From the NCBI GenBank assembly GCA_031367105.1, contig JANLPG010000145.1, positions 48,679-112,678 of the forward strand: a stretch of DNA of 64,000 bases. The letters run 5' to 3'. The position numbers and the translations under genes are program-made. Below the pieces are notes generated by a model. That model saw nothing but the letters and a program-made list of their open reading frames with translations, had not been told where the DNA came from and searched no databases. Positions within the stretch are counted from its first letter, which is position 1. Each line of letters starts with the position of its first letter. This document shows, piece by piece, positions 46,856 through 58,235 of the stretch. Origin of the DNA: Gemmatimonadota bacterium (GTDB taxonomy: Bacteria > Gemmatimonadota > Gemmatimonadetes > Gemmatimonadales > GWC2-71-9).

Positions 46856-49692
46856 GGCGTCGTGCCTCCCTGCAGCGCGATTTCGCGCATCCAGATGGTA
46901 TCCTCGCCTTCCTGAGCCAGGACAATGATGACCGCAGCAAACCCCTGAGGCACTGTCAGTGGGAATGGTCCAGTGTGGAACCCCTGCTCGAGCACTTTCC
47001 CCGGCGCAACGGTCTGCGCCGATCCCCCACCTTCGTCGAGACTGACCACGCGCTCGGCGTAGAAACGGACATTGAGGTCAAGCTGCCACGACAGCGACTC
47101 CCGGGTTGCGAACGCCGGCGACAGCAGGATAATGAGCGAATCGCCTGTCACGCGGGTCGGCAATTCCGGCGCGGTTCGACCGAAGGCATAATCGAGGGGG
47201 GAGGCAGCGAACTGACGACCGAAGCGATCCTGGAACGCCAGGGAGAAGTCGGTGAATCGAGGCCATTCCGAGCGTGGCATCCGGGAATCGACCTGGACTC
47301 TGACAGCCCAGCTCGGTACCGCAATCGCGACCCGCTGGGGTACATCGTCGGCTCGGCGAATCGTGAAGCGACGCTCGGCGCCGGCCAAGCCGGCGCGCAG
47401 GCGCACCGTGACCGGGGCGCTGACGACGTTTCGTGCGCTCACGTGCAGCGTGTCGAGGCGACGCGTTGCCATCAGCCGTACCGGTGCCCTGCGCACGGTC
47501 ACGGTGGCGGCGGAAGCGGCAAGAGGTCCGGCAATCACGTCAAGTTCATAGCTACCGCTGTCGACATCGTTGGCCCCGATATCGAAGAGGGCCGCCCCAT
47601 CGCCGTTGCCAGCCGGCAGCGTCGCGCCATCGCGGAACGGCATTCCACCAGGCTCGTGCAGCGATGCCGTGACCGGTGCATCCGCGAGGGCGGTGGCGAC
47701 CTCGATCTGCATCCCGCGGCCACTGTCCGCGGGGATAATCACGCGGGCAACGTTTCCCGCGACCATTCTCACGAGCTGCGAGGCCACCCGCGAAGTGGCC
47801 GGGAGTGGCACGCGCACTGTCACGGGGAGCTCTACCAGGGGACCAAAGTCAGTATTGCGGACGTCCAGCGTGATGACAGCACTGCGCACCCCCGGTGGCA
47901 CTCCGGCGACATCCACCCGCACGGTGAACTCACCACGTCCGTCCGACACGGTGAGCGTCGGCGGGACGTGAACCCACGCCTCGCTCGGAAGGAGCCGAAG
48001 CAGCACGGTTGCAGTGGTGTCGCGTCGGTGGATGGCGACCCGCGCAGTGAGCTGCGCCACACTCTCCGGGGACGGCGCCGTCAGCAGGACGGCGCCGCGC
48101 GCTCGCACGTCACCCACCTCCACGTCGAATCGAGGGACCTCACGGGCGGTCGACAGCCAGTTCCACGCCGACGTGATGTCGGGAATGCCGGCGCCAGCGT
48201 CCACAGCCGTGGTGCCAGCCGGCCGACGCGCGCTGACACGCAGCGCCTGCCCAAGCACGGCCGCGCTGGCGTGACGCCGGGTTGCCACAAGCCCGGACAG
48301 CAGCCGTGCGGCAAGCCCGGCCGCATACGGGGTTGCCATACTGGTGCCGCTCTGCTGTTCGCGCCCGATTGCAAAGTTCGGGATCGAGGAATACCCCGTG
48401 CCAGGCACCACGAAATCCGGTGCGGCGAGTTCCCCACCGCGACTCGAGTACGGGGCGACCGGCTCCGCCGCACTCTCGTGCGGCGCCTGACCGGCGAAGA
48501 TGGCAGGATCGGTGGCCCCAATGGCCAGCACTCGCGCCGAGCTCCCGGGGAAGCCGATGGTACTCAACCCGGGCCCGTCGTTTCCTCCCGCCACCGTCAT
48601 CACGACGTCAGGATTGGCCGTCAGGATGGAGTCGATCTGGGCGTCGATGTGTGCCATCCCCGCTGCCTCGTTCCCGACTCCGAAGGAGAGGTTGGCCACG
48701 AGCGGGAGCTGCCGTTCGCGTGCGAAACGGATCGCATACGCGAGCGCGGCGACCATCGATCCCGAAGTGGTGACTCCACCGTGGGCGTCGTTGGCGATCT
48801 TCAACCCGATCAGCCGGGCACCGGGTGCCACGCCGTCGAAGCCGGGGACGCCGTAGAGGTCGTGACCGGCGGCGATGCCGGCGACGTGCGTCCCGTGATC
48901 GCTGGTGTCGAAGAAAAGATCGAGCAACGGCACACCGGCCGAATCCGACAAATTCGCGGCGACCGTCACTGGTGCGGGGCGGTTGGTCATCGACCAGCCA
49001 AACGACTCCCGCGCGAGTCCGTAATCCCGAATCGGTCGATCGTCGGACAGCGTGCCATTCCCCTGGGTATCGGCGAACAGCGTCCAGCCAGAACCATTCC
49101 GCACCACGACAAGCGGCAGGGAGTCACCCACCGTACCGTTGCCATTAATGTCCGCTGCGGGTGGCTCTCCCAGGGGGAGTTCCTCCAGCAGACCGCCGTA
49201 GATGCGCCCCCCGTCGGCGAGTGCCGCGACGCGAGCGGCCCCGAGCAGGCGGTGGCCGCGCACCATCAGCGTGTCGCCGTGCCGTTCGATGGGCTCCAGG
49301 GCGATGCGCCCTTCACCGGAGAAGTCCCGCAGGTCGAGCAGCTTGGGCAGTCCTTCACTGGTAGTCTGCAGCCCCGGAACGGAGGGATCGATCCCGCTGT
49401 CGAGGATCGCAATCAGGACGCCCCGGCCATCAAAGGCGGGATGCTCGGCGGCGAAGCGCGGGATTCCGCTGGAGCCCAGTGGCATCATCCCGGCCCGAAA
49501 GGCATCCACGGGCGGCAAACTCCGCCGGGGCGCCGGCACCGGGGCGTCGGGACCGCTGGCGGGGCCGGGTGGCGGCGGCAGGACCATCTGGCCCGGTACC
49601 GGAGCCGGATCGACGCTCGGTCGCCCTGGCGGTGCGCCGGGGGTGCACGCCACGACCAGCACGGCGAGAATCGCGCTGCGACGATGCATCAT
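46852..49692 (-). CDS. subtilisin-family (S8) lipoprotein peptidase with tripeptidyl-peptidase-II-like catalytic spacing
   Basis: 946 aa. Lipobox [16 protein letters not shown]. Triad blocks AILDSGID (Asp98), [12 protein letters not shown] (His266), [11 protein letters not shown] (Ser451). Large beta-rich C-terminal region. Confidence 0.8.
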   Translation of the reverse strand: MMHRRSAILAVLVVACTPGAPPGRPSVDPAPVPGQMVLPPPPGPASGPDAPVPAPRRSLPPVDAFRAGMMPLGSSGIPRFAAEHPAFDGRGVLIAILDSGIDPSVPGLQTTSEGLPKLLDLRDFSGEGRIALEPIERHGDTLMVRGHRLLGAARVAALADGGRIYGGLLEELPLGEPPAADINGNGTVGDSLPLVVVRNGSGWTLFADTQGNGTLSDDRPIRDYGLARESFGWSMTNRPAPVTVAANLSDSAGVPLLDLFFDTSDHGTHVAGIAAGHDLYGVPGFDGVAPGARLIGLKIANDAHGGVTTSGSMVAALAYAIRFARERQLPLVANLSFGVGNEAAGMAHIDAQIDSILTANPDVVMTVAGGNDGPGLSTIGFPGSSARVLAIGATDPAIFAGQAPHESAAEPVAPYSSRGGELAAPDFVVPGTGYSSIPNFAIGREQQSGTSMATPYAAGLAARLLSGLVATRRHASAAVLGQALRVSARRPAGTTAVDAGAGIPDITSAWNWLSTAREVPRFDVEVGDVRARGAVLLTAPSPESVAQLTARVAIHRRDTTATVLLRLLPSEAWVHVPPTLTVSDGRGEFTVRVDVAGVPPGVRSAVITLDVRNTDFGPLVELPVTVRVPLPATSRVASQLVRMVAGNVARVIIPADSGRGMQIEVATALADAPVTASLHEPGGMPFRDGATLPAGNGDGAALFDIGANDVDSGSYELDVIAGPLAASAATVTVRRAPVRLMATRRLDTLHVSARNVVSAPVTVRLRAGLAGAERRFTIRRADDVPQRVAIAVPSWAVRVQVDSRMPRSEWPRFTDFSLAFQDRFGRQFAASPLDYAFGRTAPELPTRVTGDSLIILLSPAFATRESLSWQLDLNVRFYAERVVSLDEGGGSAQTVAPGKVLEQGFHTGPFPLTVPQGFAAVIIVLAQEGEDTIWMREIALQGGTTP

Positions 49693-51326
49693 CAGCCGCG
49701 AACACTGTCCAGCACGAACGGACCCAGATGGGGACCGGCGTAGTGCGACGTCACCCGGAGGAGAAACGCGAGCATCGCGCGGGATTCCTCCGGCGTGATA
49801 ATGGCATCCACAAAGCCACGTGCCGCGGCGTAGCGGGCGTCCAGCTGCTCCTCATAGTCGGCGCGCATCGCGTCGACCGACCCTTGCGTGGCGCCGTCGA
49901 GCGGACGTTTCTCCTGTTGCGCTTTCTGGATCGTCGGGCCGTGGACGGCCATTACAGCGGCTTCGCCTTCCATCACCGCCATCCGACCGGTGGGCCAGGA
50001 GACGATGAAGTCGGGGTCGAATCCTTGTCCGGCCATCGCATAGTAGCCGGCGCCTGAGGCGTGATTCACGGTCAACACGAGCTTCGGTACGACGGTGGTC
50101 GCCATCGCCTCGACGAAGTGGGCACCGGCGCGAATGATTCCCTCCTGCTCCGCCTCGGGCCCGACCATAAAGCCGCTGACATCCTGGACGAAGAGAATCG
50201 GCAGTCGCTCCCGATTCGCGGTCTCGATGAAGAACGCCACCTTCTCGGCGCTTTCAGCGTAAACGATCCCCCCGAAGCGGGGGCGCTCGCCCTCCTTCCC
50301 CTTGATGATGCCGCGCTGATTGGCGATCACTGCGACAGGATGCCCTTCGATCCGTGCGTGCCCGCAGAGCATCTCGCGCGCGATATCCGGCTGGAACTCC
50401 TCGAGTCGCCCGTCGTCGAGGAGGGCGTCGAGAACGTGCCGCATGTCATAAGAGAGCCGGTGATCGTGCGGTAGCACCTCGTAGAGTGTCGCCGGGTCGA
50501 CCTTGGGGGGTCGAGCCGGCGTGAGGGCGTGGACCATCCCCGGCGCACTCGGCAAGCGGCCGATATATTCACGAATCTGCACGACACAGTCGGTATCGTT
50601 GGTCGCCCTGTAATGGGCAACCCCGCTCGTCTGTGTGTGAGTTCGCGCACCGCCCAGCGATTCGGAATCGACGGTCTGGCCGGTCGCCCCCTTCACGAGA
50701 TTCGGTCCACCCAGTCCCATGAACGAAGTGCCTTCCACCATGAAGATGACGTCGGACAGGGCGGGCAGGTATGCGCCACCGGCGATGCAACTGCCCATCA
50801 CGGCACTGATCTGCGGCACGTGCAGATAGCGGCGCATCAGCGAGTTGTAGTAGAAGATGCGCGCGGCGCCGTATTGACCCGGAAAGACGCCGCCTTGATA
50901 GGGCAGATTGACACCGGCAGAATCCACCAGGTAGATGATCGGAATGCGTTCGCGCATCGCGATCTCCTGCGCCCGGAGAATCTTGGTAATCGTCTCCGGC
51001 CACCACGACCCCGCTTTCACGGTCGCATCGTTGGCCACCACCACGACATCGCGCCCGGCAACCACCCCGACACCGGTGATCACCCCGGCCGCTGGCGCCT
51101 CGCCATCGTAGCGATCGTAGGCCACCAGCAGTCCGATTTCGCACCACGGCGCACCGGGATCGAGGAGACGTGTGACACGTTCACGGGGAGAGAGCTGCCC
51201 CTTGGCGTGCATCCTGTCGACGCGCTTGGTGCCTCCACCCTCCCGAAGACGAGAGGCGAGCGCGAGGTATTCGTCGGTCAGCGCGCGCAGTCGGGTCGCG
51301 CGAATCGCGGGAGGCGGCGTGGTCAT
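49692..51326 (-). CDS. acyl-CoA carboxylase carboxyltransferase (beta) subunit, MccB/PccB/AtuC family
   Basis: Track ORF 49692..51362 trimmed to ATG 51326. GQLSPRERVTRLLDPG, VVVANDATVKAGSWWPETITKILRAQEIA, IYLVDSAGVNLPYQ, VMGSCIAGGAYLPALSD. Substrate specificity is not assignable by eye. Confidence 0.85.
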   Translation of the reverse strand: MTTPPPAIRATRLRALTDEYLALASRLREGGGTKRVDRMHAKGQLSPRERVTRLLDPGAPWCEIGLLVAYDRYDGEAPAAGVITGVGVVAGRDVVVVANDATVKAGSWWPETITKILRAQEIAMRERIPIIYLVDSAGVNLPYQGGVFPGQYGAARIFYYNSLMRRYLHVPQISAVMGSCIAGGAYLPALSDVIFMVEGTSFMGLGGPNLVKGATGQTVDSESLGGARTHTQTSGVAHYRATNDTDCVVQIREYIGRLPSAPGMVHALTPARPPKVDPATLYEVLPHDHRLSYDMRHVLDALLDDGRLEEFQPDIAREMLCGHARIEGHPVAVIANQRGIIKGKEGERPRFGGIVYAESAEKVAFFIETANRERLPILFVQDVSGFMVGPEAEQEGIIRAGAHFVEAMATTVVPKLVLTVNHASGAGYYAMAGQGFDPDFIVSWPTGRMAVMEGEAAVMAVHGPTIQKAQQEKRPLDGATQGSVDAMRADYEEQLDARYAAARGFVDAIITPEESRAMLAFLLRVTSHYAGPHLGPFVLDSVRG

Positions 51327-51334
51327 CGGGCGGT

Positions 51335-51769
51335 TCAGGGGCGGACGTGCTGCCGCGCCCACTCCTGGATGTAGGTCACCAGATCGCCAGTGGGCGTTCC
51401 CGGTCCGAAAAGCCGGCCGATGCCCTGAGCGTGCAGCGCATCCATATCCTCCTGGGGGATGATCCCCCCCCCAGTGACCAGGACGTCCGGCCGCCCCATT
51501 TCGGCCAGGAGGCTGCGCACCCGGGGGAACAATGTCATATGTGCCCCGGAGAGGATCGACAGCCCGACAACGTCAGCGTCTTCCTGCACTGCTGCGGTCG
51601 CGATCATCTCCGGCGTCTGGTGCAACCCGGTATAAATGACCTCCATTCCCGCATCACGCAGTGCGGCCGCCACGACCTTGGCGCCGCGATCGTGCCCATC
51701 GAGGCCGGGTTTGGCCACGAGCACGCGAATCGGCCGGGAAAGCGGCGGGGCATCGACAGAAGCCATCAT
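51335..51769 (-). CDS. acyl-CoA mutase small subunit (cobalamin-binding domain)
   Basis: Track ORF 51335..51886 trimmed to ATG 51769 (SD GAGGG overlapping the upstream stop). B12-binding DxHxxG motif in [15 protein letters not shown], then SILSGAH, GGGIIP. Confidence 0.85.
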   Translation of the reverse strand: MMASVDAPPLSRPIRVLVAKPGLDGHDRGAKVVAAALRDAGMEVIYTGLHQTPEMIATAAVQEDADVVGLSILSGAHMTLFPRVRSLLAEMGRPDVLVTGGGIIPQEDMDALHAQGIGRLFGPGTPTGDLVTYIQEWARQHVRP

Positions 51770-51779
51770 GACATCACCC

Positions 51780-52934
51780 TCACTTGAAGCGAAGGAGGCC
51801 CGCCAGGCCATCGACGGCCTCTGCGGCCGGAATGTCGTAGACCACATCCAGCGCCACGCGCTGGCGCAGCGCCTCCTCGATGGCATCGTCGATCACGTCG
51901 ACGGACGGAATCACTTCCCCGTCCTCTCGCAGATCACGTGCAAGCGTCGAGAGGCGTCCGGTGGCAAGCGACCGGAAACCGCTGACCGCGGCTTCGCCAC
52001 GCACCAGGAGCAGCCGCACCTGGCCCTGCGACAGGGCCTTCAGGGTTTCGCGCACCCCGTTGACCGCCCAGCCAGTGCCCAGCCCCTCGGCTAGCTCCTC
52101 CACGTGACGCGCCTCGGAGATCCGCACGTGGTGCTCCCGCACATCCATCGTGAGGTGATGCACCGCGTTCGGCGTGGCATCTTTGGGAGCGAGTCGCGCC
52201 AGCCCGATCAACCGGTCCGCGACATAGTTGTGCAGGTACGGCTCGAGGGCACTCGCATCATTGCCCGCCCCGGCGACCACCACCTGATGCCCCGGTGAGG
52301 CGCGGTCAAGTTCAAACAGCGCGCGCGCGACGGCCTCGAGATGCCGGCGCTTCTCATTCTGGATCCGGTTGTGGAAGGCGAACTCACCGGTCGCGTTGCT
52401 GCGGGCACCGGAGGCGTGGAACCTGCCACCTCGCGTGACCTCCGTCGTCACCTTGCGAACCACCTTCGCCTCGTAGGCGGTCACCTCCCAGATGAGTGCG
52501 GTCGCGCGATCGAGGGTGACGGTGAACAGCCGGCCGAATTCTTCCTCGCTGGCGGCCAGCTCGCGAACGAACGGTGTGCGATCAACTGCAAGGCGCGAAC
52601 GGTGGACGCGTGGCAGGGGTCGCACCTCGAACAGTTTCGCCCCCGAGGAAAGGAAGATCCCCACTCCTTGCGTCTCGGGCAGTCGGTCGGCATCTCGCAG
52701 GTAGTCCAGCATCAGGGCAAGGTCCGCCTTGATCGCTTCCTGTTGCTGCTTGGTCCAGCCCATCGATGGAAGTGCGTATTCGAGTTCCTTGATCCGGTTC
52801 TTCACCTTGACGAGGTACTTCCGGCGAGCGCGGTCACGAGGTTCGATCTTGAGGTAGCAGGTGATGACCGGGTGCGTGCCCGGCTTCATTCGCAACAGAT
52901 CGCGCGAGCTGGTGCTCGCTCGGGTGGTGGCCAT
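51780..52934 (-). CDS. hypothetical protein with eRF1/Pelota-like (bacterial aeRF1, baeRF/VLRF1-type) architecture
   Basis: 384-aa ORF with strong SD (GAGAGGAG 6 nt before the ATG). Central [11 protein letters not shown]...[38 protein letters not shown], and C-terminal [23 protein letters not shown]...[15 protein letters not shown] am confident it is a real gene (about 0.85); the fold assignment is by-eye only. Confidence 0.5.
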   Translation of the reverse strand: MATTRASTSSRDLLRMKPGTHPVITCYLKIEPRDRARRKYLVKVKNRIKELEYALPSMGWTKQQQEAIKADLALMLDYLRDADRLPETQGVGIFLSSGAKLFEVRPLPRVHRSRLAVDRTPFVRELAASEEEFGRLFTVTLDRATALIWEVTAYEAKVVRKVTTEVTRGGRFHASGARSNATGEFAFHNRIQNEKRRHLEAVARALFELDRASPGHQVVVAGAGNDASALEPYLHNYVADRLIGLARLAPKDATPNAVHHLTMDVREHHVRISEARHVEELAEGLGTGWAVNGVRETLKALSQGQVRLLLVRGEAAVSGFRSLATGRLSTLARDLREDGEVIPSVDVIDDAIEEALRQRVALDVVYDIPAAEAVDGLAGLLRFK

Positions 52935-52949
52935 GGAAACTCCTCTCTG

Positions 52950-54640
<1,691 letters not shown>

Positions 54641-54644
<4 letters not shown>

Positions 54645-55681
54645 ACCCGGGCTCCTTCTTTCAGCGAAGCAACGATCTCGGCTGCCAGTTCGTAAGGACT
54701 GAGTTGGCCGGCAGTGACATCATCAAGCCGCGTGGTGATTGCCTCCTCGGCGTGCGATTCCTGCCAGACCCAGCGACGCGTGGCACGGTCCACGACTTCG
54801 CGGGTCCGCTGGGCCAGGCGTTCGCGTCGACGACGCTCCAGTTCTCCGCTCGAGACCATCCAGTTCCAGTGACGGTCCAGTTCGGCCAGAAGTTCCCCAG
54901 TTCCCTCACCCGTCGAAGCCACTCCCAGCAACACCGGAGCGCGCCAGCCGTCATCCGTCGGGTGGCCCTTCGCGATGCTCGCCGAAGGCCGCTGCTTCAC
55001 AGCGCCGTGATGCGCCGGCAGATTGCGGTGCGCCGTGCCCAGCCGGAGGTCGAGCGCGAGTTCGATCTCGCGTCGCACCTTCTCCGCCCCGGGGCGATCG
55101 GCTTTGTTGACCACAAAGCAATCGGCGACTTCCATCACGCCGGACTTGAGCGCCTGAATGCCATCACCCGATTCCGGTACCAGTACCAGGATGGTGCTGT
55201 CCGCCATCCGGGCGACGTCCAGCTCCGACTGCCCGACACCCACCGTCTCTACGAGGATCCGATCAAACCCTGCCGCATCGAGGAGATCACAGACCTCCCG
55301 AGTCGCGGTGGCCAGCCCGCCGAGCGAACCGCGGGTCGCCATCGATCGGATGTAGACCCCGGGGTCCAGGGCAATCTGCTCCATCCGAATGCGATCGCCG
55401 AGCAGCGCTCCTCCGGTAAAGGGCGAGGTCGGATCTACCGCCACCACCGCGACGCGGAGACCGCTGGCGCGATAGCTGGAAACCAGCCGTTCGGTCAGGG
55501 TGGACTTGCCGGCCCCCGGAGGACCGGTGATGCCGATCCGGCGGGCGCGACCGAGGCGAGGATGGATGCTCGCGAGCAAGGCTTCGAAGCCGTCGCGGCC
55601 GTTTTCCACAATCGACACCGCACGGGCCAATGCCGCGACTTTTCCGTCGAGTAACTGGGTGAGCAGCGGGTGGTCGGCCAT
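54641..55681 (-). CDS. meaB: MeaB/ArgK-family G3E GTPase (mutase chaperone)
   Basis: Track ORF 54641..55906 trimmed to ATG 55681 (alternative start 55699). Walker [34 protein letters not shown] overlap with the mutase large subunit. Confidence 0.85.
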
Positions 55682-55707
55682 AGCGGAAACTACCACCATT
55701 ACTGGAG

Positions 55708-57048
55708 TTAGAGCAAAATCGCGGTCGCGAGACCCAGCAGGAGGCCAAAGCCACAGACGTCGGTGAAGGTGGTCACGAAGATCGAGGACGCCACCGCCGG
55801 ATCGATCCCGAGTCGCTCCAGCAGCACCGGGATCGACGATCCCGCGAAGCCCGCCACGAACAGGTTGCCGCTCATCGCGAGGAAGACGACCATTCCCATC
55901 CGCCACGATTCACCCAGCAGCACCGACACCCCCGCCACCACGATTCCGATCGCGATCCCGTTGATGATCCCGACCAGGATTTCCTTCGTGATGATCGACC
56001 GACTTCGGTCGGCCGGCACTTGCCCGAGCGAAAGTCTGCGAACCGAGACGGCGAGCGCCTGGGTCCCGGCATTGCCCCCCATTCCGGCGATGATGGGCAT
56101 CCAGATGGCGAGGGTGGTGATCCGCTCGATCGCACCCTTGAAGAAAAGCACCACGGCTGCCGCGAGGAATGCCGTCAACAGGTTCACGTAGAGCCAGGGC
56201 AGCCGGCTGCGCACGGAGCTCGACCAGCGGGCGCTCAATTCTTCATCGGGAGAGACACCGCCGAAACGCAGCAGGTCTTCCGTTGCCTCAGCTTCCGTGA
56301 CGTCGCTCACGTCGTCGTAGGTCACGCGGCCGAGCAAGCGACCGGCGGAGTCGACCACAGGGACCGCGACCAGGTTATAGCGCGCCATGATCCGTGCGAC
56401 CTCTTCCTGATCTTCCTCGGCACCGACACGGATGTCGGCGTCCTCCATCACATCCCGAACCAGCCGGGCCTGCGAGGTGACCACGAGGCGCTTGAACGAC
56501 AGCGTTCCAACCAGCCGACGGGCGGTATCGACCACAAAAATCTCGGTCACATCGTCAACATCCTCGGCCTGCCGGCGCACTGCCTCCAGCGCGAGGCCCA
56601 CCGTGTCGAGATCCGTGACCGTGACGAGGTGGGAGGTCATCAACCCACCGGCGGTCTCCTCGTCGTAGCGCAGCAGGCGATCGACCTCGGTCCGATCCTC
56701 GACCCACGCCAGGATGCGCTCCTGCTCCGCCGGCTCGAGTTCGCCCAGCAGGTCTGCCGCGTCGTCGTCGTCCAGCTCGTCGACGATTCCCGCCGCCTGC
56801 TCGGTGTCCAGTGCAGCGACAATCGCTTCGGCGTGTGCATCGGCCGGGAGCTCGACCAGGGCTTGCGAGGACAGTTCCGGCGGAAGCACTCGGACCAGCG
56901 CCAGCCGCTCATCCTCGTCCAGGGAGGCGAGCACATCGGCCAGGTCGGCGGGTTCGAGCTCCCACGCTCGCTGGACAAAGGTCTCGAGCCGACCAGCGCG
57001 CACCAGCAGGACGAGCTCCTCGAGGGGTGTTTCCGGGCCGTGACTCAT
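55708..57048 (-). CDS. mgtE: magnesium transporter MgtE
   Basis: 446 aa. Acidic N-domain (PADLADVLASLDEDE), tandem CBS, five-TM C-terminal domain with GNAGTQ and TFTDVCGF. Confidence 0.9.
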   Translation of the reverse strand: MSHGPETPLEELVLLVRAGRLETFVQRAWELEPADLADVLASLDEDERLALVRVLPPELSSQALVELPADAHAEAIVAALDTEQAAGIVDELDDDDAADLLGELEPAEQERILAWVEDRTEVDRLLRYDEETAGGLMTSHLVTVTDLDTVGLALEAVRRQAEDVDDVTEIFVVDTARRLVGTLSFKRLVVTSQARLVRDVMEDADIRVGAEEDQEEVARIMARYNLVAVPVVDSAGRLLGRVTYDDVSDVTEAEATEDLLRFGGVSPDEELSARWSSSVRSRLPWLYVNLLTAFLAAAVVLFFKGAIERITTLAIWMPIIAGMGGNAGTQALAVSVRRLSLGQVPADRSRSIITKEILVGIINGIAIGIVVAGVSVLLGESWRMGMVVFLAMSGNLFVAGFAGSSIPVLLERLGIDPAVASSIFVTTFTDVCGFGLLLGLATAILL

Positions 57049-58235
57049 CCGGTCACACGATCGAGCTCGACCGGCGTGACGGCGGCCCTGCGCACCAGCA
57101 ATCGCTCGATTCGCGTGGGGGACGCCTGAACCACATCGATGTCCAGCCCGCGGAGCGTGAATCGCTCACCTGCCGATGGTATCCGACCGAGAAGTTCCGC
57201 CAGCAAGCCACCGAACGACGCCGCTGCTCGGGCTGGCAGCACGACATCAAAGTGCTGGGCCACCCGCTCTGGTGCCTCGGAGCCGTCGAGTTCCAGCAGC
57301 GTCCCGGACGCCAAGGCGGCCACCGGCGCAGCCGCGTCGTCCTCGTCGGAAATTTCGCCCACGAGCCCCTCGAGCAGGTCCTCGAAGGTGACCAGACCAG
57401 CGGTGCCACCAAACTCGTCGAGCACGACTGCGAGATGCCGATGGTCACGCTGCATATCGAGCAGGAGGTCTCCTGCGAGCCGGGTCTCGGGGGCGTACGA
57501 CACCGGACGCACGGGAAGCGCGTCGGACGGACTCTGCTTGAAGAGGTCGAAGGCGTGGATCATCCCGGTGATTTCGTCGAGTGTCCCGCGATAGACTGGA
57601 ATGCGCGTATAGCCGGATTCCGCGAAGGTGGCGAGCACCTGAGCGTGCGTCGCGTCGTAGGGCACGGCGATCATCTCGGTCCGCGGGGTCATGATGGCCC
57701 GTACCGGTCGTTCGGCGAAGGTCATCACCCCGCCCACCATCACCAGCTCTTCCCCGCCGAGCCCGTTTGCCGAGCCCTCGCGGGCAAGCGCCCGAACATC
57801 CTCCGAGGGGTCCGGACTGCGCGCTGGCAGGACCATCGCAAGGAGCGCACTCCAGCCGCGCACGATCGGACCGAGCCACTCGAGCGTACGCTCCGCCCGG
57901 GGCACCGTGAACCAGCGCGGCAGCAGGTAGCCCCCGAGGAGCGTGACCGGGACGACCAGGAAGGCGACGAGGAGCGCGAGTTGCGGCAGCAGGACCACGC
58001 CCAACAGGCCCGGAATCACCGCACCGACCAACGCGACTCCGAGCGATGTCGCGGCAGCCGAGGCCGCGACTTGTCGCTGGGTCGTCGAGACCCAGTCGAG
58101 CGAGTCATCCCCGCCTCGGAGCCGACGGGAGATCGTCGCCGCCAGGGTCGCTCGCGCCGTGGCAACCAACGCCGCCGCGCCCGACGAGCCAAGGAATGCC
58201 ACCGAGAGCCCGAGGAGGAGCAGGAGGAGGTTCAT
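57045..58235 (-). CDS. CNNM/CorC-HlyC family protein (DUF21 membrane domain + CBS pair + CorC_HlyC)
   Basis: Track ORF 57045..58337 trimmed to ATG 58235 (ATGA overlap with the upstream paralogue). ...AIMTPRTEMIAV..., HRHLAVVLDEFGGTAGLVTFEDLLEGLVGEI, C-terminal transporter-associated domain. Confidence 0.8.
   Translation of the reverse strand: MNLLLLLLGLSVAFLGSSGAAALVATARATLAATISRRLRGGDDSLDWVSTTQRQVAASAAATSLGVALVGAVIPGLLGVVLLPQLALLVAFLVVPVTLLGGYLLPRWFTVPRAERTLEWLGPIVRGWSALLAMVLPARSPDPSEDVRALAREGSANGLGGEELVMVGGVMTFAERPVRAIMTPRTEMIAVPYDATHAQVLATFAESGYTRIPVYRGTLDEITGMIHAFDLFKQSPSDALPVRPVSYAPETRLAGDLLLDMQRDHRHLAVVLDEFGGTAGLVTFEDLLEGLVGEISDEDDAAAPVAALASGTLLELDGSEAPERVAQHFDVVLPARAAASFGGLLAELLGRIPSAGERFTLRGLDIDVVQASPTRIERLLVRRAAVTPVELDRVTG

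Noticed and set aside
46975-49743. 922-aa plus-strand ORF antisense to the S8 peptidase gene. Similar long antisense ORFs occur at 16839..18977 (+), 15309..16397 (+), 32204..33853 (+), 40802..42487 (-) and 53349..54620 (+).
   Set aside because: These are shadow ORFs typical of GC-rich DNA. They are Arg/Gly/Pro/His-rich with no recognisable motifs, and each lies opposite a gene with clear family signatures.
57045-57048. M-box (ykoK) Mg2+ riboswitch in front of mgtE; likewise a Moco riboswitch in front of the moa genes.
   Set aside because: mgtE starts in an ATGA overlap with the upstream gene, and the moa genes are overlapped or preceded by only 79 nt. There is no space for elements of about 150 nt.
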